DNA from: Gemmatimonadota bacterium
Lineage (GTDB): Bacteria; Gemmatimonadota; Gemmatimonadetes; Gemmatimonadales; GWC2-71-9
Direction: 5' to 3'
Length of the DNA stretch: 64,000 bases
Assembly: GCA_039586365.1 (NCBI GenBank)
Contig: JBDHKN010000029.1
Span: 1-64,000, forward strand
Positions 1 through 10,230 of this stretch are shown piece after piece (within the stretch, counting starts at the first letter, position 1; each line of letters begins with the position of its first letter). A program made the translations under genes and the position numbers. Under the pieces are notes generated by a model. That model was given only the letters and a program-made list of their open reading frames with translations. It searched no databases and was not told the origin of the DNA.

Positions 1-440
1 TCGAACCTCACGAGAGTCACGAGGATCCGGGAACCGTCGGGGGTCCAATCGTTCACCATCACCGAACGCACGGCGGGATCCCGGAATAGCAGTTTCTGAT
101 CAGATCCATCCGTATGGATCAAGCGCAGGTCATCAAAGTCTTGCTCGTTGTGCCACGCGTACGCGATCTGCTCTCCGTTGGGGGAGAACCTCGCAGACAT
201 GACGAGTTCAGGGTACCCGACATCTGTGAGGTTGAGAGACTCCCCGCGTTCGAGATACCTGAGCGCCAGATTGCCGCGGCTTCCGTACTCAAGGAGCATT
301 CGACCGTCTGGTGATACGGCCATGGGGATCGGAACCTCCGCTACCATTGTCGCGGCAGGCCCGGTCTGCTGAGACCAGTCTGATGCTGTGGTGAGCTCTG
401 TGAGAAGCAGGGTCACAACCACAGCGACTGCTGGGATCAT
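1..440 (-). CDS. TolB-like/PD40 beta-propeller protein, 5' part (runs off window start)
   Basis: Hand translation from ATG at 440 is open to position 1: MIPAVAVVVTLLL...AVSPDGR...ARFSPNGEQIAYAW...VNDWTPDGSRILV. Hydrophobic N-terminus plus repeated (W/F)(S/T)PDG motifs. Confidence 0.75.
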   Translation of the reverse strand, partial: MIPAVAVVVTLLLTELTTASDWSQQTGPAATMVAEVPIPMAVSPDGRMLLEYGSRGNLALRYLERGESLNLTDVGYPELVMSARFSPNGEQIAYAWHNEQDFDDLRLIHTDGSDQKLLFRDPAVRSVMVNDWTPDGSRILVTLVRF

Positions 441-736
441 CGCGTGGCGGTGAGAAGGGGCTCGCCTAATACGATGCCGTGCTGCGATCATAGGAAGGGA
501 CTCCCAAGAGGCAGACTGACCTACGATACCGCGATCGACTAAGCGTGGCTAGGTGAGAGCGGGGCCCTCAGTGGCGTCGAGTATGGTAGCGCCGGATCCT
601 GCAAACCATTTGCAAACCAACAGGAAGGGACAGGACGGGATTAGACGGGACAGGACGGGACGAAGGGGTCGCTAACTCGGTACAGGAAGGGACCATACGG
701 CACCAGAAGGGACCGGACGGGACGAAGACCACCGAA

Positions 737-778
737 CTCCAAAACCGGGGGTTGCAGGTTCGAGTCCTGCCGGGCCTG
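737..778 (+). pseudogene. tRNA-Trp(CCA) 3'-half fragment (att core), not a complete tRNA
   Basis: CTCCAAA anticodon loop, ACCGG, GGGTT, GCAGG-TTCGAGT-CCTGC T-arm, CGGGCCTG acceptor 3' strand; no D-arm or acceptor 5' strand upstream. Confidence 0.85.
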
Positions 779-779
779 T

Positions 780-808
780 AAACGCCGCAGCAATCGCTGC
801 GGCGTTTT
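780..808 (+). terminator. Intrinsic terminator-like hairpin after the tRNA fragment
   Basis: AAACGCCGCAGC-AATC-GCTGCGGCGTTT(T): perfect 12-bp stem ending in T4. Confidence 0.7.
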
Positions 809-933
809 CATGCCCGGCCGTCTCTTGGACCTCGTCGCTCGCTAGGGCTCGCGACATCGGTTCCGAGTCCTGCCGGGCCTGTACGACTGAGCTGCAGGTC
901 TACTGCATTCGTCGGTGACCGCCGCTTCTTCCG

Positions 934-1299
934 CTAGGCCGTACAAGGCCCGTGGATCACCTCGGCTCCGGCAGGAAAGATGTACCACATGTCATATCCT
1001 TCCGACCGCCCGTCAGCAAGCGCTCGGCGAAGTCCAGACGCTCCTCCGGAAGCCAATCTTCCGTAGACGATCCCGCTCCCGTCCGGCGTCCACCCGAGGA
1101 CTGGGTTATATGCCACATCAGCATGGGTCACGAGTTCTCGGATCGAACCGCCCTCATGGGCTCGACGACCGGTAACGTCCGAAGCAAGGATCTCGCTAGT
1201 GGCTGCATCGACCGTAAGGCGCGGTTTCCGCCAGATCCCGTTTCTCGGTGGCTCAGGGCCGAGCCACCGTGCCCTGCCGTAGCTGCCGCCTCGTGTCAC
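934..1299 (-). pseudogene. Chimeric remnant: IS5-family (IS903-like) transposase fragment joined to a TolB-like fragment
   Basis: IWRKPRLTVDAATSEILASDVT resembles the IS903-group WRKLHLAVD...GEILA motif and is followed by PVLGWTPDGSGIVY (PD40-like). Confidence 0.5.
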
Positions 1300-1375
1300 G
1301 CCGCGCGGTCTTCAGTTGACAATGCCCATCGACCAGATGGTCATGCGTCGGAGTGCCAAGGTAGCGAGACGGTTG

Positions 1376-3103
1376 CTAGTACCCCTCTATGTGTCCGTGG
1401 GCCGTTGCTCCGAGCAGGCGGACTGCGGCGTTGTCGTGTTGTATTCTGATCCCTGCCCAGACCTGGCCGGGGTCATCGACAATCTCCAACGGCTGGCCCT
1501 GCGCTCGGATCCACGATACAACGGCTTCGCTGAAGGAGCCTCTCAGGATCAACTGCGGAATCGAACCCCACCATCGAGCATACAGGAACTTGGGTTGATT
1601 CATCGACTCGCTCGGTGTGAAACCGTGCACCAAGATGTTGTATGTGTTCTGGATGTTGACTGAATGGAGTCCGTACCCTGCTGAACCCGCTGCAAGTACA
1701 GGCCGGCCGTCTCTCAGGACGATGCTGGGGCAGATATCGTCGTAGTGGTAGTTCCCCGGACCCTCGATGGCCATCGCTGCCTGTGCCATGCCGGCGATGT
1801 CGGGAATTGAGACGCCATCCACGAAGATGCCGGTATTCCCCCAGGCGCCGGTGTTGATCGTGTGCACCACAGCGGCCGCGTTGCCGGCTTCGTCCACGAC
1901 GAGCTCGGCGGCCGTCTGATTGCTAATCCCTCCGGTGGCAGCGACGGCGCGCTCCAGGTCATACCACTCCCCACTCATGATCTTTTCCCAGGTAAACTGG
2001 GCGGCTGCTTTGGTCAATCTCGTCGTCTGCGAGAAATCACCTTCCGGGAAAAAGCTCTCCGCCACGTTGGCGGCGTTGAGAAAGTTCCGGTACATGGGGC
2101 CGACGCGTACGATCCTGATGAACTGCAAGAGGTCCTCTGCCGAGTGGATGTAGTGACGGGAAGAATCCAGGTCGGACAGCTCGATGAGATTGAATGCCTC
2201 GACAATGCCCACGCCTCCGGGTGCAGGGAGTCCGATGGAGTAGATGTCGTATCCGTTGAAGGTTGTGTGAGTGGCGGGAGCGAGGTTTGCCCGGTATCCC
2301 TCCATATCATCCATGTGAATTCTCCCGCCCTCCCGCTGGATGATGCTCACGAAGTTCTGTGCCCAGGTTCCTTTGTAGACGTAGTCGGCTCCCTCCGCCG
2401 CTACGCGCCTCAGCGTCTCGGCCAATAAGGGTTGCGTGAACTGCTCGTTGGCGCGGAACCGGGTGCCATCAGGTTTCGTGAAAACGGCGACCGCTTCAGG
2501 TTGGCGCGACAGTATCGTCCAATTATCCTGGATGACATTTGCCATCCAGCCCGGCATAGGAAATCCACTCTCCGCCAATTCGATCGCGGGCTGAAACACA
2601 TCGGCAAACGGGAGTTGTCCGAAGTTGTCGTGTGCCGCCTGAACGCCAGCAAAGAAGCCAGGTACCATCGCCGTCCGGCCACTGGCCGATCTCGGAATCG
2701 TGAGAGGATTCGTCTCGCGCAGAGGTACTCTGAACCCGGCGTTCATCGAGCGCACTTGTCCTGTCTGGGCGTCGTAATACACCATGGAAATGACACCCCC
2801 GAAGCTGACGGCCAAACCTGCGAGATGGACGATGTGGGTCATGCCAGCCGCCAACACCGCGTCCGCCGCGTTGCCACCCTGCCTCAGCATGGCCATGCCC
2901 GCCGCGGTTGCACGATGTCCGCCCATGCTCACCACCATGGCGTTGTCGCTGCTGGCGGCAACATGGTACCGGTTCCACACTCCGGACCATGGGCCTTCGG
3001 GCGGCGGCCCGCCCTGACCGTTGCCGTCGTTGCCAACGAGATTGGCGTCGCCGCAACCAACCCACAGCAACGCGAAACACATTACCGCCTTGTTGAACGA
3101 CAT
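1376..3103 (-). CDS. Gamma-glutamyltransferase-family (Ntn hydrolase) lipoprotein
   Basis: AGMAMLRQGGNAADA, VPGFFAG, PAIELAESGF, QTAAELVVDEAGNA (candidate Thr nucleophile), lipobox-like LWVGC. Confidence 0.85.
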   Translation of the reverse strand: MSFNKAVMCFALLWVGCGDANLVGNDGNGQGGPPPEGPWSGVWNRYHVAASSDNAMVVSMGGHRATAAGMAMLRQGGNAADAVLAAGMTHIVHLAGLAVSFGGVISMVYYDAQTGQVRSMNAGFRVPLRETNPLTIPRSASGRTAMVPGFFAGVQAAHDNFGQLPFADVFQPAIELAESGFPMPGWMANVIQDNWTILSRQPEAVAVFTKPDGTRFRANEQFTQPLLAETLRRVAAEGADYVYKGTWAQNFVSIIQREGGRIHMDDMEGYRANLAPATHTTFNGYDIYSIGLPAPGGVGIVEAFNLIELSDLDSSRHYIHSAEDLLQFIRIVRVGPMYRNFLNAANVAESFFPEGDFSQTTRLTKAAAQFTWEKIMSGEWYDLERAVAATGGISNQTAAELVVDEAGNAAAVVHTINTGAWGNTGIFVDGVSIPDIAGMAQAAMAIEGPGNYHYDDICPSIVLRDGRPVLAAGSAGYGLHSVNIQNTYNILVHGFTPSESMNQPKFLYARWWGSIPQLILRGSFSEAVVSWIRAQGQPLEIVDDPGQVWAGIRIQHDNAAVRLLGATAHGHIEGY

Positions 3104-3200
3104 TTCTACCGCCTTGACCGGTTGCCGGCCACGACCCGCTAGGCCTCGTTAATGACATTTGTGCATCAGATTCATTCGCCAGCGCGCTCCCTGCCAATAG

Positions 3201-5024
3201 CTAGTCAGGCAAAGCCTGCAGCACGTCACTGCTGATCCAATAGAAATCCGTGTTCTCGCTTGGGTACTGGTCTCCGATTGCTCTTACGAAAAAGACGTAG
3301 TTCATGTCTCTCGACATCGATGGGAATCTCTCGAAGTGCTCCGAGTTGACCTGTTCTCCCAGGTTCACTGGCTCACCCCAACTCCCGTCCCCCATTCTGC
3401 GACTAATGTAGAGATCGATAATCCCGTAGCTGTTGCCTATCTCCGATGAAGCGAACAGAATGAAGCGTTCTTCTGGATCGACGTAGGGATCCATGGCGTC
3501 TGCCCTGTTGACCGGACCCACGAGCTGCTCGGATGCTACGTATTCGCCGTTAACGAGTTCCGACCAGTAGAGCTTCGGCTCTGTCTCACCCAGCGACCGT
3601 CCAGCGAAGTAGAGGTTACCGCTGCTTGCGACCGAGACCTGTCCCACCGACCTGACTGTATCGAGGGTGGCGGTCACCGCCTGCGGCATACTCCAGCTCT
3701 GACCGACACGTTCGACGTACCAGACGCCGAAGACTGAGTCGCTATCCTCATTAGGGAACGGCTTAAAAGAACCAAAGAAGATCTTGTCACCATCGTGGGA
3801 GACGGCTGGCCCATGGTCGTTCAAGCCTGTCAGGGAAAGCATGCGTTCAGGCCAACCTAGCGTCACTCCATCGAAGGCCGAGAAGAGCAGCGTCTCCTCC
3901 GGCCCTCCATCCAGCAACGCCGACCAGTACAGTTCATCTGACTGTGGTGAGAAGTTGAGGCTGCTGTGCACGAGATACTCAGTCGAAAGGACCTCGGGGG
4001 CAAATGGGATCGCAGTCTGTTGCGGACGCTCCTGACCTAGGAACCGGGGCCGCCATACGGGGTTGATCGCGGTTGCTGGGGCGGGCGTGTTGGTGACACG
4101 TATCAAGTTCGTCCCGTCAGCATTCATCACGTACACTTCCCAGTGGTTGTCACCTGGAAGGCCCGAATCGAACGCGATCAATGAGCCGTCGGGTGACCAT
4201 TTTGGAACATAGTCACCAACGTTGTTGTCGGTGAGTTGGAGTGGGTCAGTGCCATCGGCATTCATTACGTAGACCTCGTAATCCCCACCGGCATTCGCGG
4301 TGAACGCTATCCGTGATCCATCTGGGGACCAGGCCGGCTTTGTCTCATCGAAGGGTGTCGATGTCAGTTCTTGTTCATCCGTCCCATCGATGTTGCTGCT
4401 GTAGATGTCGAAGTTGCCGCTCCTGTTTGAACTGTAGACGAAGCGACTACCGTCAGGCGACCATTTCGCACCGTCACCTTCCACGCCATTCCAACGTCTG
4501 TTGCTGCCGTCCGCGTTCATGATCCAGATCTCGTTGCGATCGCCTTGGGTTCGGTAGATTCTCGTGAAGACAATCTTTGTTCCGTCGGGAGACCAGCAGG
4601 GATCGCTATCCCAAACGCCGGTGGTACTAGTGAGTCTTGTCAAGTTGCTTCCATCAGCATCGAACACATAGATCGACCAAGTCGTCTGATCTGGGTATCC
4701 GACCGCCGCAATGTGCTTTGCGTCGGGTGACCAATCGTGATGATTGAGTCCGATCTGTGCACCGATGATCCTGGTGTTCCCCGTTCCATCTGCATTGATC
4801 GCATAGATCTCATGAACACCAGATACTGGTCCGGGCTGATGGGCATATGCAATCACGCCACCGCCTCTACCATCGAGGGGAATGACAGGATGTCCTGTGG
4901 TATCAGTTGGTGTTGTTGACGCGTCGGCCTCAGTACCCGTCTCACAGCTGGGACCGAGTACCAGGCTGAGTGAGACTATGACAAACAACTTGAGTCGCGC
5001 CATTCTCATAGGGAAGCTCTTCAA
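3201..5024 (-). CDS. TolB-like PD40-repeat lipoprotein with two propeller regions
   Basis: Several WSPDG/MNADG repeats in the N-half and a second PD40-type region (FLGQERP...GWGEPVNLG-like) in the C-half; signal peptide ending in Cys. Confidence 0.85.
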   Translation of the reverse strand: MKSFPMRMARLKLFVIVSLSLVLGPSCETGTEADASTTPTDTTGHPVIPLDGRGGGVIAYAHQPGPVSGVHEIYAINADGTGNTRIIGAQIGLNHHDWSPDAKHIAAVGYPDQTTWSIYVFDADGSNLTRLTSTTGVWDSDPCWSPDGTKIVFTRIYRTQGDRNEIWIMNADGSNRRWNGVEGDGAKWSPDGSRFVYSSNRSGNFDIYSSNIDGTDEQELTSTPFDETKPAWSPDGSRIAFTANAGGDYEVYVMNADGTDPLQLTDNNVGDYVPKWSPDGSLIAFDSGLPGDNHWEVYVMNADGTNLIRVTNTPAPATAINPVWRPRFLGQERPQQTAIPFAPEVLSTEYLVHSSLNFSPQSDELYWSALLDGGPEETLLFSAFDGVTLGWPERMLSLTGLNDHGPAVSHDGDKIFFGSFKPFPNEDSDSVFGVWYVERVGQSWSMPQAVTATLDTVRSVGQVSVASSGNLYFAGRSLGETEPKLYWSELVNGEYVASEQLVGPVNRADAMDPYVDPEERFILFASSEIGNSYGIIDLYISRRMGDGSWGEPVNLGEQVNSEHFERFPSMSRDMNYVFFVRAIGDQYPSENTDFYWISSDVLQALPD

Positions 5025-5620
5025 CTATTCTGGTTGATACGCGATTGCAGGCGAGCCTGAGGATTCGTATTGGGCGAGAATCGCCGGCCGCATCGCTTCC
5101 GGTACGTGTCGTCCGTGCCCCGCGAGAAGCAGTGCCGTACTGCACCGAGATGAATAGGGGTCGGCGCCAATCTCACTGACGCTGCCCTGGCGGTTATTGT
5201 CCCAAGCACAAGTGTTGACGACGACTCCGATTGCCGGCTGTACTGAACTCCGCTTCACAGCTAGATCCTCCGAGGATTCACTGCAATGGTTGCCTCAGAC
5301 GTCGCAGTAGTGATCGACGCATGTGCACCAGTGCAGGTCGATGGCAACACCACAACAGCACTTGGCGGTCATGACCTGATGACCGCCCGAATAGTCTTAC
5401 AGGCGAGCTCAACACGCCACGATTATGCGGCCAGCGGAGGGATCGCGCCGGTAGACGGTTGTATCGCGCGACGAACGGGCCTCACAAGGAGAGGCGAGTT
5501 CGTGAAGGGAGATTCCAGTGGGCTGCTCTGCCTTCGTCCGAGAGTGATTCCTCGATCAACAGGCGAGGCAGGTATATAATTAGGGTGACGCACGGACTAC
5601 TTGGTCCGTCAGTCACACCA

Positions 5621-6796
5621 ATGGATGACATCTTTCCTGAGTCACCGGGCACGGCCGTTGGGTGGCCGATGAGAACCGGTTTGCGCGCGCGCGGTCGTGG
5701 CAGACTGCTGCGACGGCCAGCAGGATCCAGACGCGCCGCGCTTGTTGTGATCGGGGCTGCCACACTACTGAGTGGCACGGGATACGCTACTTGGCGCATG
5801 AGTGACCCGGCGATCACGGCAAGCACAGCACTGCTGCTTAGTCTACCCTACTGGTATCTCTGGGCGGCTCTGGTACCCGCAATCGTCTGGCTATCGCGAC
5901 GGTACCGAATCCGGATCGACAGCTGGATCTCCGGGACGGTGGTACACTTGATCGCAGCTACGCTTATCGCGTTGACCGTGCTTGCCTCCGATACCTTTTT
6001 CAACAGGCTTGCCGGGTTCTGGGATACGACAACCTTCGGGGAAGCCTACGCCCAAGGGTTCATCCTTTGGTTCCACCTTACGATCCTTGTGTACTGGATG
6101 ATAGTCGCGGCAGTGCACGCGGCGGACTACCACCAAGAGTCCTTGGAGAGAGAAGTGGCTGCCGCTCGGCTTGAGACTCAGGTGGCCGAGGCTCGGCTCA
6201 GGCAGCTGCAGATGCAGCTGCATCCTCACTTTCTCTTCAATGCACTACACACCGCTTCCAGCTATGTACGCGATCACCGGCCAAGGGAAGCGACTGACAT
6301 TATCGCAGAACTTGCAGACCTGCTGCGCCGATCGATGGACCATGGCAGCTCTCACGAGGCAACATTGGACGAGGAACTGGCGTTCGTCATGCAGTACCTT
6401 CGAATCGAACAGGCGCGCTTGGGCGAGCGCCTCAATGTCAAGTCCGAAGTCCCAGACGAAGTGAGAAAAGCAAGAGTCCCAGCCATGCTACTCCACATTC
6501 TGGTCGAGAACGCCATTCGGCATGGTATCGCACCGCATGATCGCAGCGGATCTATAGAGATCACCGCCCGCCGCCAAGCGGATTCTCTGCAACTGCGGAT
6601 CCGGGACGACGGCCCCGGATTCCCGACTGGAGACTTCGTACCTGAAGCCACGCAGGTTGGACTCAGGAATACGCGCGAGCGTCTTGACCGCATGTACGGC
6701 GAGCAACAGACTCTTCATCTGTCAAATGACATACGAGGAGGGGCTGTGGTCACCGTCACGATCCCCTGGCACACGGAGTCACGCCTGGATGAATGA
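5621..6796 (+). CDS. LytS/YehU-type membrane sensor histidine kinase
   Basis: QLHPHFLFNAL, LDEEL...YLRIEQAR, LVENAIRHG, DDGPG, GLRNTRERL; N-terminal TM helices. Start uncertain. Confidence 0.9.
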   Translation: MDDIFPESPGTAVGWPMRTGLRARGRGRLLRRPAGSRRAALVVIGAATLLSGTGYATWRMSDPAITASTALLLSLPYWYLWAALVPAIVWLSRRYRIRIDSWISGTVVHLIAATLIALTVLASDTFFNRLAGFWDTTTFGEAYAQGFILWFHLTILVYWMIVAAVHAADYHQESLEREVAAARLETQVAEARLRQLQMQLHPHFLFNALHTASSYVRDHRPREATDIIAELADLLRRSMDHGSSHEATLDEELAFVMQYLRIEQARLGERLNVKSEVPDEVRKARVPAMLLHILVENAIRHGIAPHDRSGSIEITARRQADSLQLRIRDDGPGFPTGDFVPEATQVGLRNTRERLDRMYGEQQTLHLSNDIRGGAVVTVTIPWHTESRLDE

Positions 6797-7601
6797 CACC
6801 GTAGGCATGGCAAATCGGATTAGGACCCTCATCGTGGACGACGAAGCCGCGGCTAGACGCAGCATTTGGCTGCTACTTCAGAACGACCCGGAGATCCAGG
6901 TTGTCGGGCAGTCGGCCAACGGAGCTGATGCCATTGCCGACATAGAGCAACTGGCGCCTGATCTTGTGTTCTTGGACGTGCAGATGCCCGGAGGGAATGG
7001 GTTTGAGGTTCTTGCACAGGCGCAGATCGCCCGGCTTCCGGTGATCGTGTTCGTCACGGCCTACGATGAGTACGCCGTGCGCGCCTTCGAAATCCACGCA
7101 GCTGACTACCTCCTGAAGCCATACTCGGATGCGAGGTTTGCTGAGGCCCTGCAGCGAGCCAAGCGGCGTGTCGGGAACCGGGAAGTTGAACTGCTGAGTC
7201 GGCGACTGTTGCAGCTATTGGCCGATCGAAACGCCCGGGCCACCGGCGCGGGGACCGAAGCTGACTACGTCCAAGAAATCGTGGTTAGGTCAGAGGGTCG
7301 CGTGACATTCCTTGACGCGGCGACAATCGACTGGGTCGAGGCCCAAGACGATTACCTCGTGCTTCACGCGGGGTCACAGCGATACACGGTTCGCAGCACA
7401 ATGAAGGCAATGGAGAGGAGGCTGAATCCCCGACAGTTCTTCCGGACCCACAGGTCGACAATAGTCAACCTGAGGAGCATAAAGGAACTCCAGCAGTACT
7501 TTCACGGCGATCTCTTAGTCATCATGCGAGACGGTACACAGCTCAAGCTGAGTCGTCGTCGCCGCGGGAAACTCGCTGAACTGATGGGCCAGGCCATCTG
7601 A
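6789..7601 (+). CDS. LytTR-family response regulator
   Basis: IVDDE, FLDVQMP, FVTAY, DYLLKP; C-terminal FFRTHRSTIVN and LSRR. Overlaps the kinase stop codon. Confidence 0.93.
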   Translation: MNDTVGMANRIRTLIVDDEAAARRSIWLLLQNDPEIQVVGQSANGADAIADIEQLAPDLVFLDVQMPGGNGFEVLAQAQIARLPVIVFVTAYDEYAVRAFEIHAADYLLKPYSDARFAEALQRAKRRVGNREVELLSRRLLQLLADRNARATGAGTEADYVQEIVVRSEGRVTFLDAATIDWVEAQDDYLVLHAGSQRYTVRSTMKAMERRLNPRQFFRTHRSTIVNLRSIKELQQYFHGDLLVIMRDGTQLKLSRRRRGKLAELMGQAI

Positions 7602-7717
7602 CCGGGGTGCCCGGCAACCTGATCTTAGAGATCGTAAACGATAACCTCCCGCGCCCAGCGCCATGGCAACTTGTTCCCACCAGTTCGGCACACCCCGTGT
7701 CGGCGCTGCAGTAACTC

Positions 7718-7793
7718 CGATCGCCTGACCGGTCAACATCTCATACAGCACATAGCGATCGCCTGACCGGTCAACATCTCATACAGCACATAG
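7718..7793. repeat. Perfect 38-bp tandem duplication
   Basis: CGATCGCCTGACCGGTCAACATCTCATACAGCACATAG at 7718-7755 and 7756-7793, at the 3' break of the kinase remnant. Confidence 0.95.
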
Positions 7794-8135
7794 CCCAACG
7801 AGTAGCTATCGGACTTACTCGTCAGTTCCTTCTCCGCCGTCGCCTGCTCCGAGGACTTGTAGTGCCCTGTGCCCAGCGAGAGACCGGACTCGGTGAGCCG
7901 ACCACCCGCTGCCGCGCTCACCGCCAGTGCGATGCCGAAGTCCATTACCATTGGCCGGCCATCCTGCAACAGGTGTTTTCCGGCTTGATGTCCCAATGGA
8001 TCACGTTGTGCCGCTGCGCGTCGAAGGCATTGCGGGTATTGGAAGCTGGCGGTGGTCTTTGTCTCCTGGACGAAGCGTTCCGCGCCGAGCGCTGTGGCCA
8101 TGCCATCTTCACCCAGGCGGCATTCGATCCCGTAC
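7756..8135 (-). pseudogene. Hanks-type Ser/Thr kinase remnant (deletions, frameshifts)
   Basis: YGIECRLGEDGMAT | ALGAERFVQE | VIHWDIKPEN (other frame) | VMDFGIALAV...LGTGHYKSSEQ...YSLGYVLYEMLTG. Confidence 0.85.
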
Positions 8136-8216
8136 AGGATGGTACAGAACGGGACTAGATGGTACAGGATGGGACGACGGGCACCGAACTCCAAAACCGG
8201 GGGTTGCAGGTACGAG
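8131..8216 (+). repeat. att-like repeat copy B (left-truncated) with tRNA-Trp fragment at 8189-8216
   Basis: GTACAGGATGGTACAGAACGGGAC...GGGCACCGAACTCCAAAACCGGGGGTTGCAGGTACGAG. Confidence 0.85.
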
Positions 8217-8611
8217 AAATCAACGGATGCCATGTAGGTGTTCCCGCTAGTTACCACGACGTGAGCGTCTTCCCCTTCCGCGAAGCCAAGGCATCACGGT
8301 GTGGCCGTTCAGCTCTCGGTCGACTCTTCCGGCATCCCTCCATCTATGCTCCAGCGGACGACGTACTCCACGTCCAACTCGTCTTTCCAGATCGATAACA
8401 TGCGCCATGTCCCGGCATCTGCCCGGTGTCGCGAGCCTCGCCTTCGGGCGCGGTGAGTTCGGTCACCAGGCCATATATGCCACAGCTACGGCAACGCCAA
8501 ATGTGTGGGTAGTTCCGGTGGGGCCAGCCTCGTCACCCCACGAACCGTTCGGTAGCTCGGCACATGCACCGTTCGGGAATTCGGATCTTGGCCCTCTCCC
8601 TCTTAGAGGTG

Positions 8612-9310
8612 TCAATAATCAGTTCGTTCGAACCGTCTGAGCGTGAGCCATGCGGTTGCGCCGGCCAACAAGAGCCCCGCAATCAGAGATCGCCACGGGA
8701 CCGATCCATGCCACTCACGGAAGTCTGCGATGCGCTCCAGGCTCCACGCTTCGAGTCCTAGCGCACCACCTACGGCTCTGAGCACCAGCATAACAGAAAC
8801 GACGAGGAGACCTGCTCGCACCGCTTCTTTTGTGAATGATGTACTCAACATGCTGGGCCAAATCCACAAGGCGGCCGCGGACGCGTTCAGTATCGCTGCA
8901 ACCAGTAGAACACCCGGCCTTACATCCCGCCCCGCAAGCATCCCTGCCAACCACACGGTCACGGAAACTGCCAACCCGAGGCAAAGCACCAGGAGCGTCA
9001 CCACAGTACATTGGGAAATCAGCCATCTCCCCCTCGGCACCGGCAAACTGAGAGTCACCAGGTTCGAGCGAACATTACTCTCGGTCATCGTCCCACCTAC
9101 GGCAAGGACCGCGGCAAGTACTGCAAAGATGAAGTGCTCCATCCCGTTCATCCAACCACCTACCCATCGAGTGAAGCGATCCGGATTCGCCGAATCGAAT
9201 GCACTACCCACCAGGCCTGGGCCGACTAACAACGCGACCAATATCGCGCAGAGCAAGAATCTGTACCGGATGTCGAACCACGCTTTCCACAGCATCATCT
9301 CGTACCTCAC
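8612..9310 (-). CDS. ABC-2 type transporter permease
   Basis: About six TM segments, LSLPVPRGR motif, ends FERTDY; overlaps the ATPase stop. Confidence 0.8.
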   Translation of the reverse strand: MRYEMMLWKAWFDIRYRFLLCAILVALLVGPGLVGSAFDSANPDRFTRWVGGWMNGMEHFIFAVLAAVLAVGGTMTESNVRSNLVTLSLPVPRGRWLISQCTVVTLLVLCLGLAVSVTVWLAGMLAGRDVRPGVLLVAAILNASAAALWIWPSMLSTSFTKEAVRAGLLVVSVMLVLRAVGGALGLEAWSLERIADFREWHGSVPWRSLIAGLLLAGATAWLTLRRFERTDY

Positions 9311-10230
9311 ATCTCGTCTGTGACCGCGAGGAAGATCTCCCGGAGATTCATGTCATGGATCTCCACCGCTCGGGCGCCGTGACCGTCGAGCATGTTGGCG
9401 ACGACCTCGGCATTGGAGTCCACTACCACCCGAGTGACTTCACCCGAGGTCGATACTTTCCGCACTCCAGACCAGGCTCGAATGTCGCTCACTGGAGCCG
9501 TGCCGAACGCCGCAAGCATCTTCCAGTCATTCTTGATGTCATCCACATCACCTGAAAGCACTTGCCGTCCCGATCGCAAGATCGACACGGAATCGCAAAT
9601 GCGCTCGGCCTCCTCCAGGCGGTGGGTGGCCACGACCACCGTTCGATCACCCTCTGCGACCCACGATGTTATCAAGGCCAACACTTCATTCACGCTCGCG
9701 GCATCGAGATCCATGGTCGGCTCGTCCAACAAGAGAACTCGGGGTTTCCGGCAGATGGCAGCGGTGAGCACGAGTTTCGCACGCATCCCTTTCGATAGGG
9801 TCTTGATCTTCTCGTTCAGAGGGATGCTCCACCCCGCAAGGAGTCGATGAGCTTCGGCGGCGTCCCACTCGCCGAAGAAACTCGCAACGAAGCGGGTGAA
9901 CGAACTCACTCTCATCTCGTCATAGACCAGCTTGTCCTCTGGGACGAAGCCGGTGTGCCTACGGATAACGGCTGATTCCCGCGAGATGTCGTGGTCCAGT
10001 ACGAAGCCGGTTCCCGACGTAGGCCGCGTCATTCCCAGGAGCATCTTGAGGAGGGTTGACTTGCCGGCACCGTTGGGTCCTACTACGCCCGCAATCGAGC
10101 CAGCCTTCACTTTCCAGTCGAAAGCGTCGACCGCAAACACTTTGCCGAACGACTTCGAGAGTCCAACGGTTTCGATCATGGTCTCTTGCATGCTCTTTCC
10201 TCGCAGCTCGGCATCCTGGCTTGTGCTCAA
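9307..10230 (-). CDS. ABC transporter ATP-binding protein
   Basis: GPNGAGKST, LSKGM, LLLDEP, H-loop ATH. Confidence 0.95.
   Translation of the reverse strand: MSTSQDAELRGKSMQETMIETVGLSKSFGKVFAVDAFDWKVKAGSIAGVVGPNGAGKSTLLKMLLGMTRPTSGTGFVLDHDISRESAVIRRHTGFVPEDKLVYDEMRVSSFTRFVASFFGEWDAAEAHRLLAGWSIPLNEKIKTLSKGMRAKLVLTAAICRKPRVLLLDEPTMDLDAASVNEVLALITSWVAEGDRTVVVATHRLEEAERICDSVSILRSGRQVLSGDVDDIKNDWKMLAAFGTAPVSDIRAWSGVRKVSTSGEVTRVVVDSNAEVVANMLDGHGARAVEIHDMNLREIFLAVTDEM

Larger units (their letters stand above)
600..883 (+). repeat. att-like junction repeat copy A (most complete)
   Basis: TGCAAACCATTTGCAAACC, 10-bp phased (A)GGACGGGAC units, GCTAACTCGGTACAG, more GGGAC units, tRNA-Trp 3' half, hairpin, then a second tRNA 3'-end copy (864-883 = 761-780). 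Homologous to four other loci in the window. Confidence 0.85.

Noticed and set aside
700..790. Complete, split or permuted tRNA-Trp gene
   Set aside because: No D-arm or acceptor 5' strand upstream. AGGCCCG at 946 is complementary to the acceptor strand but is not followed by a D-arm, so it is treated as chance.
672..857. ORF containing TGPAGLEPATPGFG, and similar ORFs over the repeats (8052-8237, 15441-15944, 25961-26294)
   Set aside because: These are translations of the tRNA fragment and the GGGAC repeats, not plausible proteins.
5025..5620. LytTR direct-repeat binding site between the divergent TolB-like and sensor kinase genes
   Set aside because: Only a weak ACTCCG pair at 23-bp spacing was seen, which is not convincing.
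8220..8600. Possible gene remnant after copy B (ELDVEYVVRWS on the minus strand)
   Set aside because: Too short to assign a family.
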